Made by a program: the position numbers and the translations under genes. Below, piece by piece: positions 1-16,479 of a stretch of 64,000 nucleotides of DNA (position 1 is the stretch's first letter; each line of letters opens with the position of its first letter). This DNA is from the human T2T-CHM13v2.0 reference genome, Homo sapiens. The DNA is taken from NCBI RefSeq assembly GCF_009914755.1, contig NC_060933.1. One strand, given 5' to 3'. The notes under the pieces are model-generated. The model had not been told where the DNA came from. It saw nothing but the letters and a program-made list of their open reading frames with translations, and did no database searches.

Positions 1-860
1 TCCTGAATATTTTATGAATATTTGTCATAAAACAGAAATAATAACCACTGTGCAGAGCTATTAGAATTAATATTTATGCTGCCCGCCATGAAATATTCAT
101 GGGGACAGAGAAAGGGGGGCCGTAAGACAAGAATTAATTTACACTGGGCTCGGTTTACCCGCTGGCTTGATGTTTAAAGACGGTTGACAAGCCTCCATAT
201 GAATCCGCCAGTCACTTCCCGCAGTCTGCGGAGTGGAGGGGGTGGAGACGGGTCCGGGCTGCTGACAGCTCACAGATTGAGTTTCTGACAGCCCTTAAAA
301 AACCTAAACGGCCCCCACCTATTTCCCCTTCTTCCATTGCCCAAAGCGCTCTGTTCTGCCACCGTTCATCCGATCTCCCCTTCCATCTGCTGAAATTAAC
401 GAATTAATGAGCGAGATACGCTTTACGGTGGGGCCTTATGAATGTTTACAGGCGATTAAATTATAATGCGGGGCGGCTGTATAATTCATGAACCAATTAA
501 AGGAAGTGTTAGTTGATTTGATGGGATGAGGACGTACAAAATGCATTTAACTAATGGGGAACCGCGGGCTGCCCAGGGCCGGCTCCCTCTCTCGGATTAC
601 GCGGCTAATTGCTCGACTTTACGGGGCTGTCACAGATAGCCATGCATATTTCATTGTTCTCAAATACTTCAATTGTGTGCGTCCGTGTCGCGGCTGTAAT
701 GTGGAGAAGGCGGGCCAAACTTGGGTGTAGTTACAGTACCCGAGCTGGGCCCCGGCAGAAACCTGAGCTCCAGAGTCGGGTGTCTGGGCCATTAGGTGAT
801 TAAAAAGGCTCAGCATGCGATCGCCTTTTGTTTTACTATGTTCTCTTCGGGACACTAATT
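1..860. promoter_or_regulatory. Candidate conserved developmental enhancer (CpG-retaining, dense in homeodomain sites)
   Basis: About 40 CpGs in 850 bp by my count, many TAAT/TAATTA cores, TGACAG at 263 and 286, CTAAACGG at 304 and CTAATTGC at 605; no repeats. Confidence 0.55.
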
Positions 861-2356
861 CCGGATGCTGGCTTCATGACCGTGGTGACACTGGGGCCCT
901 GATCCCTTTCTTTCCGGGTAGTGGAGGGGAGGTCCACAGCCCCCTGTATTGTTCACACCCTGTGTGCCCTCGAAGCCCAATGTCCCCAGTGCAAGGGTCC
1001 CTCAAGACAGTCCACCTGAGACAATCCCCAAGCTAAGGGTTTCCCTCAGGCCTGACTTTGTCCATCCGTACAAGGTGGCCACCAGGAGCTTCTTTAAATG
1101 CGGTCTAAACTTGGACCCAAACTTGAAGCTGTCATCAGCTCCTTGAAGTATGTTTGGAAGGAAATCAGCAGAGAAGAGCAAATGCACCCTCCCCAAGGAG
1201 TAAAATGATCCTGGTGCTCAGGAAGAGAGAGGATGCTTCCAGAATTCTGTGAGCCGAAGGACAGAGGAGACAAAGGTGGCTGACTTCCCAGCTGGAGCAA
1301 CGGGGATGTCGAGTTTAGGGAGACGCTGCCTTCATCCAGCAATCCTAGTGCACTCTGTGGGGAGCAGGGTGAGACCATCGGAGCCGCGCAGCCAACCAGT
1401 CAGTCCTCTGAGATGATTCTATTCTCTCCTCTCGCTTCCAAGCCAAAGTCTGGCATTCACCTGAGCCAAGCACATGCATGCACACACACACATAGACACA
1501 CACACGAAACAAATTAGAAGCCCTGTGGTTACCACCTTCAGTCCTCCTGTGGATACCTATGAAAGAATGTATTTTACTCCCACTTTTGCGAGTAGGGCCT
1601 GGGCAGCAGCCAGAGCTGGGGCTCTGGGGTCTGCACTCTCAGGATCAAGGCTCATACCCTTCTGCAGACACCAGGAATGCATGGCCAAGGGCAGCCCCAG
1701 GTTCCCCATCTAAGGGGACAGGGATGGCAACAGGTGAGGAGGATTAAAGGCACTAACCCGTGGCCTTAGCATCGAGGCTGATATGTGATAATCACCCAAT
1801 TTAGTTAGCCAATACTATTATCACATGCTAATAGAGATTCCGACTTGCGCAACAGGGAGGCTCTATCCATCACTTTCCTCTTCCACAAACGCACATGACA
1901 GTCGGGGTTGGCTTCCACCCCTTAATTGCGCAGTGGACAGTGTGCTGTCAAATGGAGCAACCAGTGAGGTCTACAAGAATGCCTTACGGAGGCAGCAAAA
2001 TAGATCCAGGTGGAAAAGTTGCAGGAACCCCCGGGCCACACGTGAGGCGAGCACTCAGTCTCTGCCTCGAGGATGAAAGAAGGGCCAACTGCACATTAAA
2101 AGAAAGTAAGTTCACTTGGTCTAAAATATTTAATTGGGGCCTAATTGAAAATGAAGTATCAATTAGTAGTCAAGCTGGGTTTAATGCATTCTGGTTTAAA
2201 ATAAAACCAAACTATCATTCATCAAATACAACTGCCTTAAATATTTTACAGTTGTTACTTTATATCATCTTGCAAAGTAAACAGTATTCTCAATGCATAT
2301 ATGCGGCAACTGAGGCTCAGGGTAGCCAAGTATCTTGGTTCAGAAATTTATTTTAA

Positions 2357-2711
<355 letters not shown>

Positions 2712-2712
2712 A

Positions 2713-2990
2713 TTTTTTTTTTTCTGAGATGGAGTCTGGTTCTGTCACACAGGCTGGAGTGCAGTGGTGCAATCTTGGCTCACTGCAACCTCCGCATCCC
2801 AGGTTCAAGCGATTCTCATGCCTCAACCTGTAGCTGGGATTACACCATGCCTGGCTAATTTTTTGTATTTTGTAGAGAGGGGGTTTCATCATGTTGGCCT
2901 GGCTGGTCTTGAACTCCTGACCTCTAGTGATCTGTCTGCCTCGGCCTCCCAAAGTGCTGGGATTACAGGTGTGAGCCACCATGCCTGGCC
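2713..2990 (-). mobile_element. Alu (AluS-like)
   Basis: Poly-T followed by antisense Alu ending atgcctggcc. Confidence 0.92.
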
Positions 2991-3039
2991 TTACTTTATA
3001 TGTCTGGTTTTAATTTTTTAATTTTAATTTTTTTTTTTA

Positions 3040-3403
<364 letters not shown>

Positions 3404-3789
3404 TTATTGTTAAAGACGGAAAAGTGTGCATTTTCAGCTACAGGACCAACATAATGGTGATAACACGTAGATAACCGTAAGACTGGACCGGAAGTTCTTA
3501 TGCGCAGATCATAAAACACACAGATTTAAAGCTTCATGTGTCTGAGCAGTGCTCTCAGTCTCTTATCAAACCCCCCATATCACTGTGGAATCAGAACTTC
3601 ATTTCAATAAGAGTGGGCAGAATGGGGACAAGGACACAGCAGATGCTGGCCACTGAGAAGGACAAAGAGTGGGACGACCTTTCACCCAGGTGCCAGCCTC
3701 CCAGGTGCTCAGGTGCGAGAGGGCTCAGGTGAGGAAGTGTGAATAGCTCAGTGCAAATCAATGCCTCTGGTTTAAGAAAATCAAAAGAT

Positions 3790-3910
3790 GTTCATTCATT
3801 CATTCAACAAATATTTACCCAGTGCTTCCTAGATGCTAGTTGCTGGCTGCCCTAGGAACTACAGATCTAGTGGTGAATGAGCCAGGCACATTCCTGGCCT
3901 CCCACAGCTT
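3790..3910 (-). mobile_element. L2 3'-end fragment
   Basis: ttcattcattcattcaacaaatattt, typical of the antisense L2 terminus. Confidence 0.6.
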
Positions 3911-4126
3911 TTACCACGTGTGTTTAGATACACACAGACACCATCTGCCCGTGGTACTTGGGGTTGATCTCGATATTAAAAGATGCAAATATGTACTATG
4001 AAAAGACCAGTTTGCAATCGGCAAAGGGATGAGATCCACAAGTTGTTTGCTAAATATGGTTTGGACAAGAAGGGTGAAGTACACACTAATTTCTTGGATG
4101 GATAATTTTTCTGATGAAGTGGCTAA

Positions 4127-4431
<305 letters not shown>

Positions 4432-4499
4432 TAAATATTTACAATGTTTTTCACGAACTAAGCATGCTACATAACATAATTTCACGCAATCTTCTCTTT

Positions 4500-4900
4500 G
4501 TAGGAGTTAGGCACAACCACCATCCCCTATTTGATAGGTGTGGGAACTGGGTCTCAGGGAAGTTATGCAGCTTCTCAAGGTCCCATCCCTAGTAAAGGCA
4601 GGCTCTGGGTTCAGGTGCTGGACGCTCTGGCCTGCCATAACCACTGGGCACTACCGCCTCCCTGGATGCTCTTGTGCGAGGCCCCTCGTAAGGTGTGCTG
4701 GCTCTTCAGGTGCCCCGTGCCCGGCACTCTGTGAGGATGCACAGGATACCTCTCACTGCGTCTTCATGGCAAGCCTGGGACGTAGGTGTAACTGTCACCC
4801 CCATCTTATGGATGAGGCAGCTTGCCCCGATATCGGCTGGTGAGTGACCCAGAAGAACTCGCGACTCACAGCTGCTGGACTCTAACATCCAGGGTGGGAG
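4500..4900. mobile_element. Degraded MIR fragments
   Basis: MIR core-like text (catcccctatttgataggtg...gggaagttatgcagcttctcaaggtc; ccccatcttatggatgaggcagcttgccc). Confidence 0.45.
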
Positions 4901-5220
4901 CCACTGGGCTGTGTTGCTGTTTCCCAAATGCAGGAAGTCTCTTAAGTGCTTCATTTACTCTGTTTTTTTTTTTTCTTGAGACAGATTTGTTCATCGATAA
5001 TTTTTATTTTTTAAATCGATATGAAAATCCTCTTGCAGGGGTGGACTGGAGCTGAGGGCACTTGAAGGGGTGAGTGGGAAAGCCCACAGCCAGGAGCCAC
5101 CAGAACCGGCGCAGAGAACAGACGCTGCTGCAGGAGGCCATGGGGCTGGTGTTGGGGTGGGCGTGCACTTGCCATCCTTTTATTTCTTCCCCAACCTCCT
5201 TCCTCTGTCTTCCTTACCTC

Positions 5221-5811
<591 letters not shown>

Positions 5812-6362
5812 TGAGCTTTCATTCCAGGAAAACCACGCTTTCTTCTCAAATTTCTAAATAGGATTGGAAGCTCTTACTTGTGGACTAGCAAAGATAAGGG
5901 TTCAGATTCTAGCGCTTCAAAGGACTCCATCCGGTGAATCCCACCAGGGCGCGAGCTCCCCCATGAGAGCAACTTCAGAGAGAAGCTCCCTTAGGCTCCC
6001 TCCCCTCCCAAATCTGCACCTAACGTCAGGCTGCATCCAGAGATACCAATGGAAATTAGGTACAAATTGTACCCTGGACTTGACTTTGCAATCGGAAGAA
6101 ACCTCGATTTGTGGGGGTAAAGGTCACCGCCTGGAAGGCCTAACCCAGAGGCCAGCCCTGTGGCTTGGCCAGGCCAAGAGAAGCCTCCCCTAACTGCCTA
6201 TGGAAAAGAACCCAGGGTTAAACTGTTTATCTGGGTTATGCTCCCAGGTTAAACTTCTTAAGTGAACCGACCCAAGGAGGTGAAACCTGAATTTCTAGAT
6301 AAAGCTTTTCCACGTCTTTGGCCAGGTACACAGAACTGCAATTTAAAACTTCTGGGTTTTAT

Positions 6363-6665
6363 GCCGGGTGCCGTGGCTCACGCCTGTAATCCCAGCACTT
6401 TGAGAGGCCAAGGCAGGCAGATCATTTGAGGTCAGGAGTTCAAGACCAGCCCGGCCAACATGGTGAAACCCCATGTCTACTAAAAATACAAAAATTAGCC
6501 GGGCGTGGTGGTGCACGCCTGTACTCCCAGCTACTCAGGAGGCTGAGGCAGGAGAATCGCTTGAACCCGGGAGGCAGAGGTTGCAGTGAGCCGAGATCAT
6601 GTCACTGCCCTCCAGCCAGGATGACAGAGTGAGACTCCAAAAAAAAAAAAAAAAAACAAAAAAAA
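6363..6665 (+). mobile_element. Alu (AluS-like)
   Basis: Full consensus; TSD aacttctgggtttt at 6347-6360 and 6668-6681. Confidence 0.93.
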
Positions 6666-6888
6666 CCAACTTCTGGGTTTTGCTAGTTGTCTGCGAATTA
6701 AGTCTATGATTCCAGCTGAGAAGCCTGCAACATCCTGGTGGTTGCAGTGAGCCGAGATCATGCCACTGCACTCTAGCCACGATGACAGAGTGAGACTCCA
6801 AAAAAAAAAAAAACAACTTCTGGGTTTTGTTAGTTGTCTGTGAATTAAGTCTATGATTCCAGCCGAGAAGCCTGTGACATCCTGGTGG
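6581..6888. repeat. Tandem duplication (~150-160 bp) of an Alu 3' end plus unique flank
   Basis: Copy 1 is 6581-6741 and copy 2 is 6742-6888; both end in catcctggtgg. Confidence 0.95.
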
Positions 6889-7084
6889 CATCTCCCCCAA
6901 GGGCCATCAACTTGTGATAATCCTGGTCCTTGTGTGACGGCTGACGAGCACAAATGCTCTCAAAGAAGTACTGTGCAGCCACTGACGGTGAGGCTGGGGA
7001 CAGTGTTTGTGAACACGGGTTCATGGTATATTCCATAGAGGAAAGGGCTGTGATATAATGTGTGCAATTAAGACCCTGTTTTCA

Positions 7085-7401
7085 TTTTTATTATTTATTT
7101 TCTTATTTTTTTATTTTTGAGAAGGAGTCTCGCTCTGTCGCCCAGGCTGGAGTGCAGTGGCGCGATCTGGGCTCTGCAACATCTGCCTCCTGGGTTCAAG
7201 TGATTTTCCTGCCTCAGCCTCCTGAGTAGCTGGGACTATAGGCATGCAGCACCACACCTGACTAATTTTTTTTGTATTTTTAGTAGAGATGGGGTTTCAT
7301 CATGTTGGTCAGGCTGGTCTCGAACTCCTGACCTCAAATGATCCACGCGCCTCGACCTCCCAAAGCACTGAGATTATAGGTGCGAGCCACCGTGCCCAGC
7401 C
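7085..7401 (-). mobile_element. Alu (AluS-like)
   Basis: Antisense consensus; TSD-like aagacc(c)tgtttt on both sides. Confidence 0.92.
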
Positions 7402-7515
7402 AAGACCTGTTTTTATAGAGTAGTTTTTAAAATATTGGAATAGACATACACCCAAATGTCAACATTAGTTATCTTTGGATATTGGAAATATTTTTACTTA
7501 GCTACATTTTCTAAC

Positions 7516-7812
<297 letters not shown>

Positions 7813-9987
7813 TACATTTTCTAACTTTTCTACAATAAGTAGATGCCCTGTGTAATCAAATGTTTGAAATAACCACCTTCGCCACACCCTGCCCCCACCT
7901 TGTTCCTCCAGTGGCTTCCCTTCCCCCAGCTCTCCTGGAATGGACGCTGGCTGCCCCCCACCCACCCCACCTGCAGAACTCTTCCTCCCCTCCTCCTGCA
8001 GCTGGCTCCTTCCTTCCATTCAAGTCTGAGCTTAAACCAGCCCTCCTCAGAGGCACCTTCCCCCACCAGCGCATCCAAACCAGTCAGCTTGCCCCTACTC
8101 CATCATGCCATGGCATTTTAATCCCACATAAAGCACTTGGTCCTAGCAGGTATTTCTGCTCTGTTTATTTGTCTAACGTCGCCTCCTCCCATGGGAATGT
8201 TTTGCTTGTTTCTGTGGCCCCAGCGTCTGGAACGGTGCCTGGCAAAGAGAAGCCTACAATAAATACTTCTGGAGCGAACAAATTGAAGTGTAAGTCCTTC
8301 CCTTACTACTAGGAATAGCAGCTGCCACAACTGGGCTCCGAGCTGATCATTCTACACTGGGGAATCACGCCGCATTCCCAGGAGGAAGGAGCCAGGCCAC
8401 TGTTGACCTCCTTTTGTCCTGGGGAATCTGAGGATCAGAGACATAAAGTAACCTCCCTGTCACCCCCCTAGTAAGCCAGCTGGTTCTGGGCTCTCTCATC
8501 TTGCCGCTCCACTGCCAAGAACAACCTCCATCCTATGCTAGGGGCTGGGCCTGGCCCTGCAGGATGTGGGCCTGGCTGGCAGGCAGCCCTGACCCTCTGC
8601 CTGGCCCCAGTGGCAGGGTCCCCACAACTCCTATCTGGGAAGGGCTTAGGGGCAGCAGCCCAGTTAGAACTGCTCATTGGACATGTTCACAAAGCTGCAC
8701 ACACTGTTTACTGAGACGATGGCTTTATTTGGGGTGGCTGGGGCAGAGAGAGCTCATGAGTGTGGGGGCTGAAGCCATCCCTGGACTAATCCCCAGGTAC
8801 TCACATCCTGGTAGGGAAGGGCCCCTGGCACAGGCTCAGGCTGGTGGCTTTAAGCCAGTTTCCTTGCTGGAGGGTATGGGTCATCCCCAGGGTGGCCCAG
8901 CTGGGGCGGAAGGGCACCCTCGCAGTGAGGGGATCCCCGCTGTGGAGAGCATGAAGCCCCTCCATGTTCTCTAGGGAAGGAGACAAGTGGGCAGGAGACA
9001 AGTGCTCTCACGCCCCATCCCTGCAGCCTCCTGGAGTGGCACGCAGGTGACAATGGGGACTGCAGGGAGCATGCACGAAGGTCTCCTCTTCGTATTTACT
9101 CATCCAGTCTTTCCACTGCCGTCTGAATTAGGTCCCATCATTGCCTCCATTTTATGATGCAGAAGGAGCCCTCCAGGTGGGATAAGTCATTCAGACAGCG
9201 CAACTCACAGAGGGCACTGGAGCCCGGAGTGCGGTTCCAGAAGGCAGCTCTTTGCCGTCACACCACACTGTCTGTCTCTAAAGGACCCACTGCAGGGTGA
9301 CTTGGTTAACAGCTGAGAACCCACTGAGGTCAGCAGAAACTCCAGGGGAAGAAGAAGAGGGCACATGGCCGCCTAGGATCTCTGCAACAACATGCTACCA
9401 GGAGACGGCACAACACGCAAGGTCGGGAAAGGGGAAGCAGATGATACTCTTTGATGTTTCTGAAGTACCTCCGCCACAAGCAAGCACAGAGATGTATTTC
9501 AGTTTGGGATAGAAATGGCTATTTGCATTTCATCATCTTTGAGCAGGACTGCAGACATAAATGGGACCCATGATGGAGCCAAATCAGCATATTGCAGTGT
9601 GAGCCCGAGGTGATATCCAGCAGGCCTTTGAGAGGTGTGGGCACCCAGCGTGTAACACTGGCATTAATCACCAGTGACTCTGAATGTTCGTGGAAGATCA
9701 GTAAGCATGCAAATGAGAGAACAGGATCGGCCCCATCCCCATCTGATTGGAAACATATCAGGCTGCCCCCTTTCATATCAAGTTTCCATTGTGAAGAGTA
9801 AAACTTTCAATGGCCATTCCTCTTGCCGCTGCCCTCTCTGTGATGCTGGTGCTTCCTCCTGCTGCTGTTCCCGGGAGGACAGTTGAGCCAAGGGCAGCTT
9901 CTCCTCCTCTCCCTCCCCTAGCCATGCCTATCACACATAAGGAACCAACAGTTTCCAATTTGATTCCATTTTTCTCCAACTACTTAA

Positions 9988-10334
<347 letters not shown>

Positions 10335-11004
10335 TTGCTAATATTTTTATCAGCATCTTCCCTTCTTTTAGCTGACAGGAGCAAGCACTTGCTGTCATGC
10401 CAGAATATTTGGATTACAACTTGGTTATCTAAAAGATTTGGCAGGTTTTCATATTTTCCATGTGTCAGAGACCTGGAACACTACTGTGTCCTGGCACCCC
10501 CTCAGCCGCTTTCTTGCCTATGGTATCTCCCAGGTGCCAGGTGCCCCCTACCCTGCACACCAAGAGCCACGCTGGGAGAGAGTGCTGCCAGCCGAGCACC
10601 CGAGCGCCTCGACCCGTCCCACCTGATTGCACCGGCTCTAAGGCAAACCTCAAAGAATGCGCTCACTGTGAAGGACAGTAGTTAGCTGTGTCCAAATCTG
10701 TCTGTTCTGCTAGAGGGAAGCTCCTGGGAGAGGGACCATGGAGGGCAGGACTGCGCCTCACTCCCACCTTTGCATCTTCAGAGCCTGCACCGTGTGCACA
10801 TAGCCCCTCATCACAGGGCTTAATCGGTTTGCTGAATGAATACATGATCTTCCTATTTGCTGAGAGCCATAAATCACCAGCTATAGAAGTGGTGGCCCCA
10901 GTAGCCGTTGCATTATAGCATCCCAGGGCCAAAGAGAACACCAGAAGACCCTTAATTTTACAGGCAGAGTTGCCTCAGGCCAATGACTGGCTCCAACTCT
11001 CAGA

Positions 11005-11302
<298 letters not shown>

Positions 11303-13614
11303 TCAAAGACTTTTTTAAAATGAGGTGTATTCCTCAGCTGCCCTTAGCTTTCCTCCCATTGCCACCTTTACAGACACTAAAGAATTTTGTCCAGACTCTT
11401 CCTGGTGTACATAAATTCCACTTCCCTTTGTTTTCCTCTCACAGGAAGTACAAAAACAGCAGCTCATTCTTGCATAGAAAAGAATTCTCCTCCCAAAAAA
11501 GAAGCTCCCAGGTTCTAGAGAGAAAGCTTTGAGGCCCTCAGTTTAAGCCATTCTGCCTTCTGCAGTGTCTGGGGAAAGCTGCTGTCGGGCCCAACTCTCT
11601 CCTAGAGGCACCTTGAGGTGTGGAGCTTAGCTCCGAAGCCAGGCGGGGAGCCAGAGGGAGGGCGCCTGCAACCTGCGAAGCAGTTTCTTAAGTGATCATT
11701 TGCATACCTAAAAATTCACTGTTCATGGTAACAAATTCCTTTTAAACCACCTTCTGCACTGATAACAAATCTATGTTTTGCCAAGGTGAGGGGAGAGGCG
11801 ATCAGCTGCCGGGGGCCACACTCCGAAGTGCGAACAGAATCTGAAGCACCCTCTCACGGGAAATGCCGGCATCTCACTGACCTGATTCTGAGCAAGCAAG
11901 AGGGTGCTGGATTGTCCCACTCTTTGAAGCTCAAAATGGGCTTCTGTAAGCACCGAACGCACGTCACCTAATTTATCTCTCATCACACCCTGTGAGCAGG
12001 TGCCATTGTCATCATCCCCCCTTTAGAGACAGGCGAATTCCGCACCCCCATAAAACGACTCACTCAAGGTCATTATCAGCCCTACATCTATAACTCACGG
12101 ACTCGTGTCTAGAGAGTTCTGCCTGGCTGATTTTCTCTGTTCTTCTAACTACTCCACAACTAAATGTTTCACAAAGCCATTTCCCCCCCAAATATTTATG
12201 TTCTCAAATGTTTATTGCCTCTCTATCATGATCAAGATTTTATGAGCACTCTATATCAGTTGTGAATTAAATACATAATTTCGGAATCATCGCATTCCAG
12301 TTTGGTGCTACATTTGTCTCTATTACACTGCAGCAGTTGCCGTGGGCACCCGACAGATGACAACGGAATGCGTGTGTCCAGGGGCAGCCAGAGTGACTGA
12401 CATTTCAATCCAGAAGCTGCCACGGGGACCTGGTGATTCCCACCGTTAGCGGGAGAGAAGCTTCCACAGCTCACTGGGATGGTCAGAGGGTTCCGGAGCA
12501 GGACAAGGCTAGGATGGGCTCCCCCCGTCACCCTCACTGCACCAACGAGGCCGTGTCCAACCCGCTGGCCTCTGGGGAAGGAGGGCCCGCCATCTCACGG
12601 CAGGTGAAGAAGACAAGGAGAAAAAGAGGCCATTTTTTTCCTCTGATGAGCAGTACCCACTCTCTTATAGAACAATCCGGGCTATGCCTGGGGGCCTACT
12701 GGTTAATCCCATCCTGTATGGGAAATACAGAAAGAATATCGAGCCTGGAACAAAACTGCTACAATTTATTACTCCCTCACATTTACCTGTATGCACTACC
12801 TGACTGACCCTCACAGCAACTTCACACAATGTGGACTGCTAATTCCACTTTGCAAGTGAAGAAACTGAGGCTCCGAAAGGCGGCAACCGCAGAGGTGGAT
12901 CTGGTTCCTGTTTCCAGGCCTTTGCCCCTTCTGTTCCCTCTTGTGGCCAGCCCCCCGAAACACTAAAAATGGAAATAACTGTCATTACTGAAATACTCTA
13001 TCTGTCTATCAAAATAGAACTGCCGTGGGTAATATAGCCATTCCTGAAAGAAAACATTTAGGGATATTTTAAATCCATCATTGATCCTAAGGGAGGGAAA
13101 AAAAAGGTCCCTAAACCTTAAGTTTCATGATGATAAACACTTCCACAGCTTGAGCACGAGGAGGGCAATTCCACTGAACTGGGCCACTAACTTGGGCAGG
13201 GCTGCAGTTTTGATGGCTCTGGGGGCTGTCCCTCACATCGCTGTCCTGATGTCCTCATGGTCTGCCATGTGGCATCACCCAGCTTAGATGAAGCCTTTGT
13301 TTCTTGGACGTTTCCGTCATTTCCAAAGCATCCATCACTTTCAGTCATCCAATTCTTTATTGCCACCAGTAGAATTATGAGCTCTTGGGCACTTTGGTGG
13401 CACCCATTGAAAACAGAAGTGCAACTACAGTTCCCTTCCAGGGTTTTAATCTGGAGAAACAGTCACACGAATACGCGGAGCCACACATACGGCATGTTTA
13501 TTACAGAACCATTTGCAAAGGGAAAGAAAGAAAAAAGTCTAAATGCTCTTCAGCAGGGCTTCCTACTCATCCATATCCTCATCAGTACTTGGTTTGGACA
13601 GACTTAATGTTTGA

Positions 13615-13986
<372 letters not shown>

Positions 13987-14151
13987 ATTTTCCATTTTCT
14001 AATGAGGTTTAGCAACTTTTTCTGTTTTTTGGCCCTTGTGTTTTTTCTTTTGTGAAATCCATGTTCACGTCTTAAAAAAATAAAACAAAACAGCCTTACT
14101 GAGATATAATTCACACACCATAAAATTCACTTATTTACAGTGTACAGTTCC

Positions 14152-14494
<343 letters not shown>

Positions 14495-15423
14495 CTATGA
14501 TCTGTTCCTGATTTTTCTGCCCATTTTTATATTAAGCATACTTTATCTCATTCATTTATAGGAGCTCTTTATAAATTCTGGATACTAACTCTGTTTTGGT
14601 TGCAACTAGCCTATCCCAGATTGAGTCTTTTCATTCTTCAGATGAATGCCTTTGGCTGAATAAAAGTTCTCAATTTTAATGTAGTCAAATTTATTTATTT
14701 TCTTTTGTTGTTTACGCTCTTTGGGTCTTATTTTAGGAAGACTTCTGTATCCCAAGATCATAAGATAGTTTCGTATATGTTCTTCTACAAGGTTTTACAG
14801 TTTTGTCTTTCACATTTAAGCTTTTAAACTACCTGGAATTGATTGTTACATATATGGGGCAAGTAGCTGTCGAAGGTAATTTTTTCCCACATGGGTACCC
14901 AGTTGCGCAGCATCATTTATTGGAAAGTCCATCTCTTCCCCCTGATCCGTGGTGCCACCCCTGTCATTATCAAGTGTGAGTGTTTCCGGGCTCTGTGTTC
15001 TGTGTCACTGGTTAGTAGATCTAATTTAGTGCTAACACCTCAATGTCCTAATGGTTTTAAAATAAATAGATATTTGAGAGGGCAAGTCCTCCCACTTTGT
15101 CTTTCTTCGGGAATAACTTGATAAATTTTTAACTCTTTGCTCTTCTATGTAAATGCAGAATGAGCACAGCAAGTTGCATCAAAAAGAACCACTACCAACA
15201 ATTTGGAAATTTTAATTCTGATTCCACTGGATCTATGATCAATTTGGGAAGGGGTGACATCTTTATAATATTAGCGTCCCTAACCATGAACGAGACATTG
15301 CCTCCCTCTTAGGGATTCTTACATGCCTTTTAATAAACTTACACAGTTTTTCCAATAAAGGGCTTATACATCTTTCATTGTGTTTATTTCAGTGTACACT
15401 TTTCTTCTGCTATACGTTGTTAA

Positions 15424-15582
15424 TTTTTTTTTTTTTGGAGATGGGGTCTTGCTGTGTTGCCCAGGCTGCAGTGCAGTGGAATGATTATAGCTCACTGCAG
15501 CCCTGACTCCTGGGTTTAAGTGATCCTCCCACCTCAGTCTCCCAGTAGCTGAGATTACAGGCTCAAGCTGCTGTGCCTGGCC
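15424..15582 (-). mobile_element. Alu monomer (FRAM/FAM-like)
   Basis: Single-arm Alu sequence with poly-T. Confidence 0.8.
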
Positions 15583-16479
15583 ATTGTTGTTGATTATTAT
15601 CTTAGTTTTACATTTTCCAACTCTCTGTTGCCAAAGAAAGTGTAAATAATCTTTGGATCTTTAATTATTGATCTTTTAGTTGGTAACCTTGCTAAACTCT
15701 TACTAAAACTATTATGTACTCCATAAATTCTTTGGGGCTTTCTTAATGTAGATAATCATAACACCTGCCAATAATGACTTTTGGTCCTTCCATCCCAAGT
15801 CCTAGAGGTTTTATTTACTTTTCTTGTCTTTACTGCACTGTTTAATAATGTTTCATAGAAATGATGATGGGGGAATCCTTGTCTTATGCTTGATTTTAAA
15901 GGGCATGCTTCTAACATTTCACCACTAAGACCTATGGTTGCTATAGTTTGGGAAGGTATCTTTTATCAGGTTAAGGAAATTCCCTTCAGTTTATAGCTAA
16001 GAATTTTAAAATCATGAATAGATATTTAATTTTATCCAATGCTTTGTCTTCATCTATTGAAATAGCTATATCTCTTTTTCTTTAATTTCTTATTATTGTG
16101 AATTCAAGTAATAGCTTTTCTAAAGTTGAATCATCCTTGAATACCCTAATACACAATTGGATTGGATTTGCTAATATTTTGTTTAGGATTGTGGCAACTA
16201 TATTTACGAATAACATTGGCCTGTAATTTTTCTTATTTATATTATCTTTGGGTTTCACATTAAGACTTTATTAATCTTATGAAATGTATTGTGATGTGTT
16301 CCCTCTTTTTCTTTTTCTGTTTTCTGAAAAGAGTTTGTTCACAATGGGAATAATCAATTCCTTGAATACTGTGGTAGATTTCACCTGTAAAAGGCATCTG
16401 GGCCTAGTGTTTAAGGGAGGGGAACAATTCATTTTTATTATTCAATTTATTTAAAAGTTATGGGACTTTGGATTTTCTA

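Noticed and set aside
4963-5215. Poly-T plus minus-strand AATAAA as the 3' end of a processed pseudogene
   Set aside because: The bases next to the poly-T (ttgagacaga) are Alu 3' end and no coding homology was recognised. A split Alu explains it better, though a BLAT search is needed to exclude a retrocopy.
6209-6255. Short direct and inverted repeats (cccagg(g)ttaaact x2; aacccag...ctgggtt)
   Set aside because: Too short and imperfect to distinguish from local slippage or chance.
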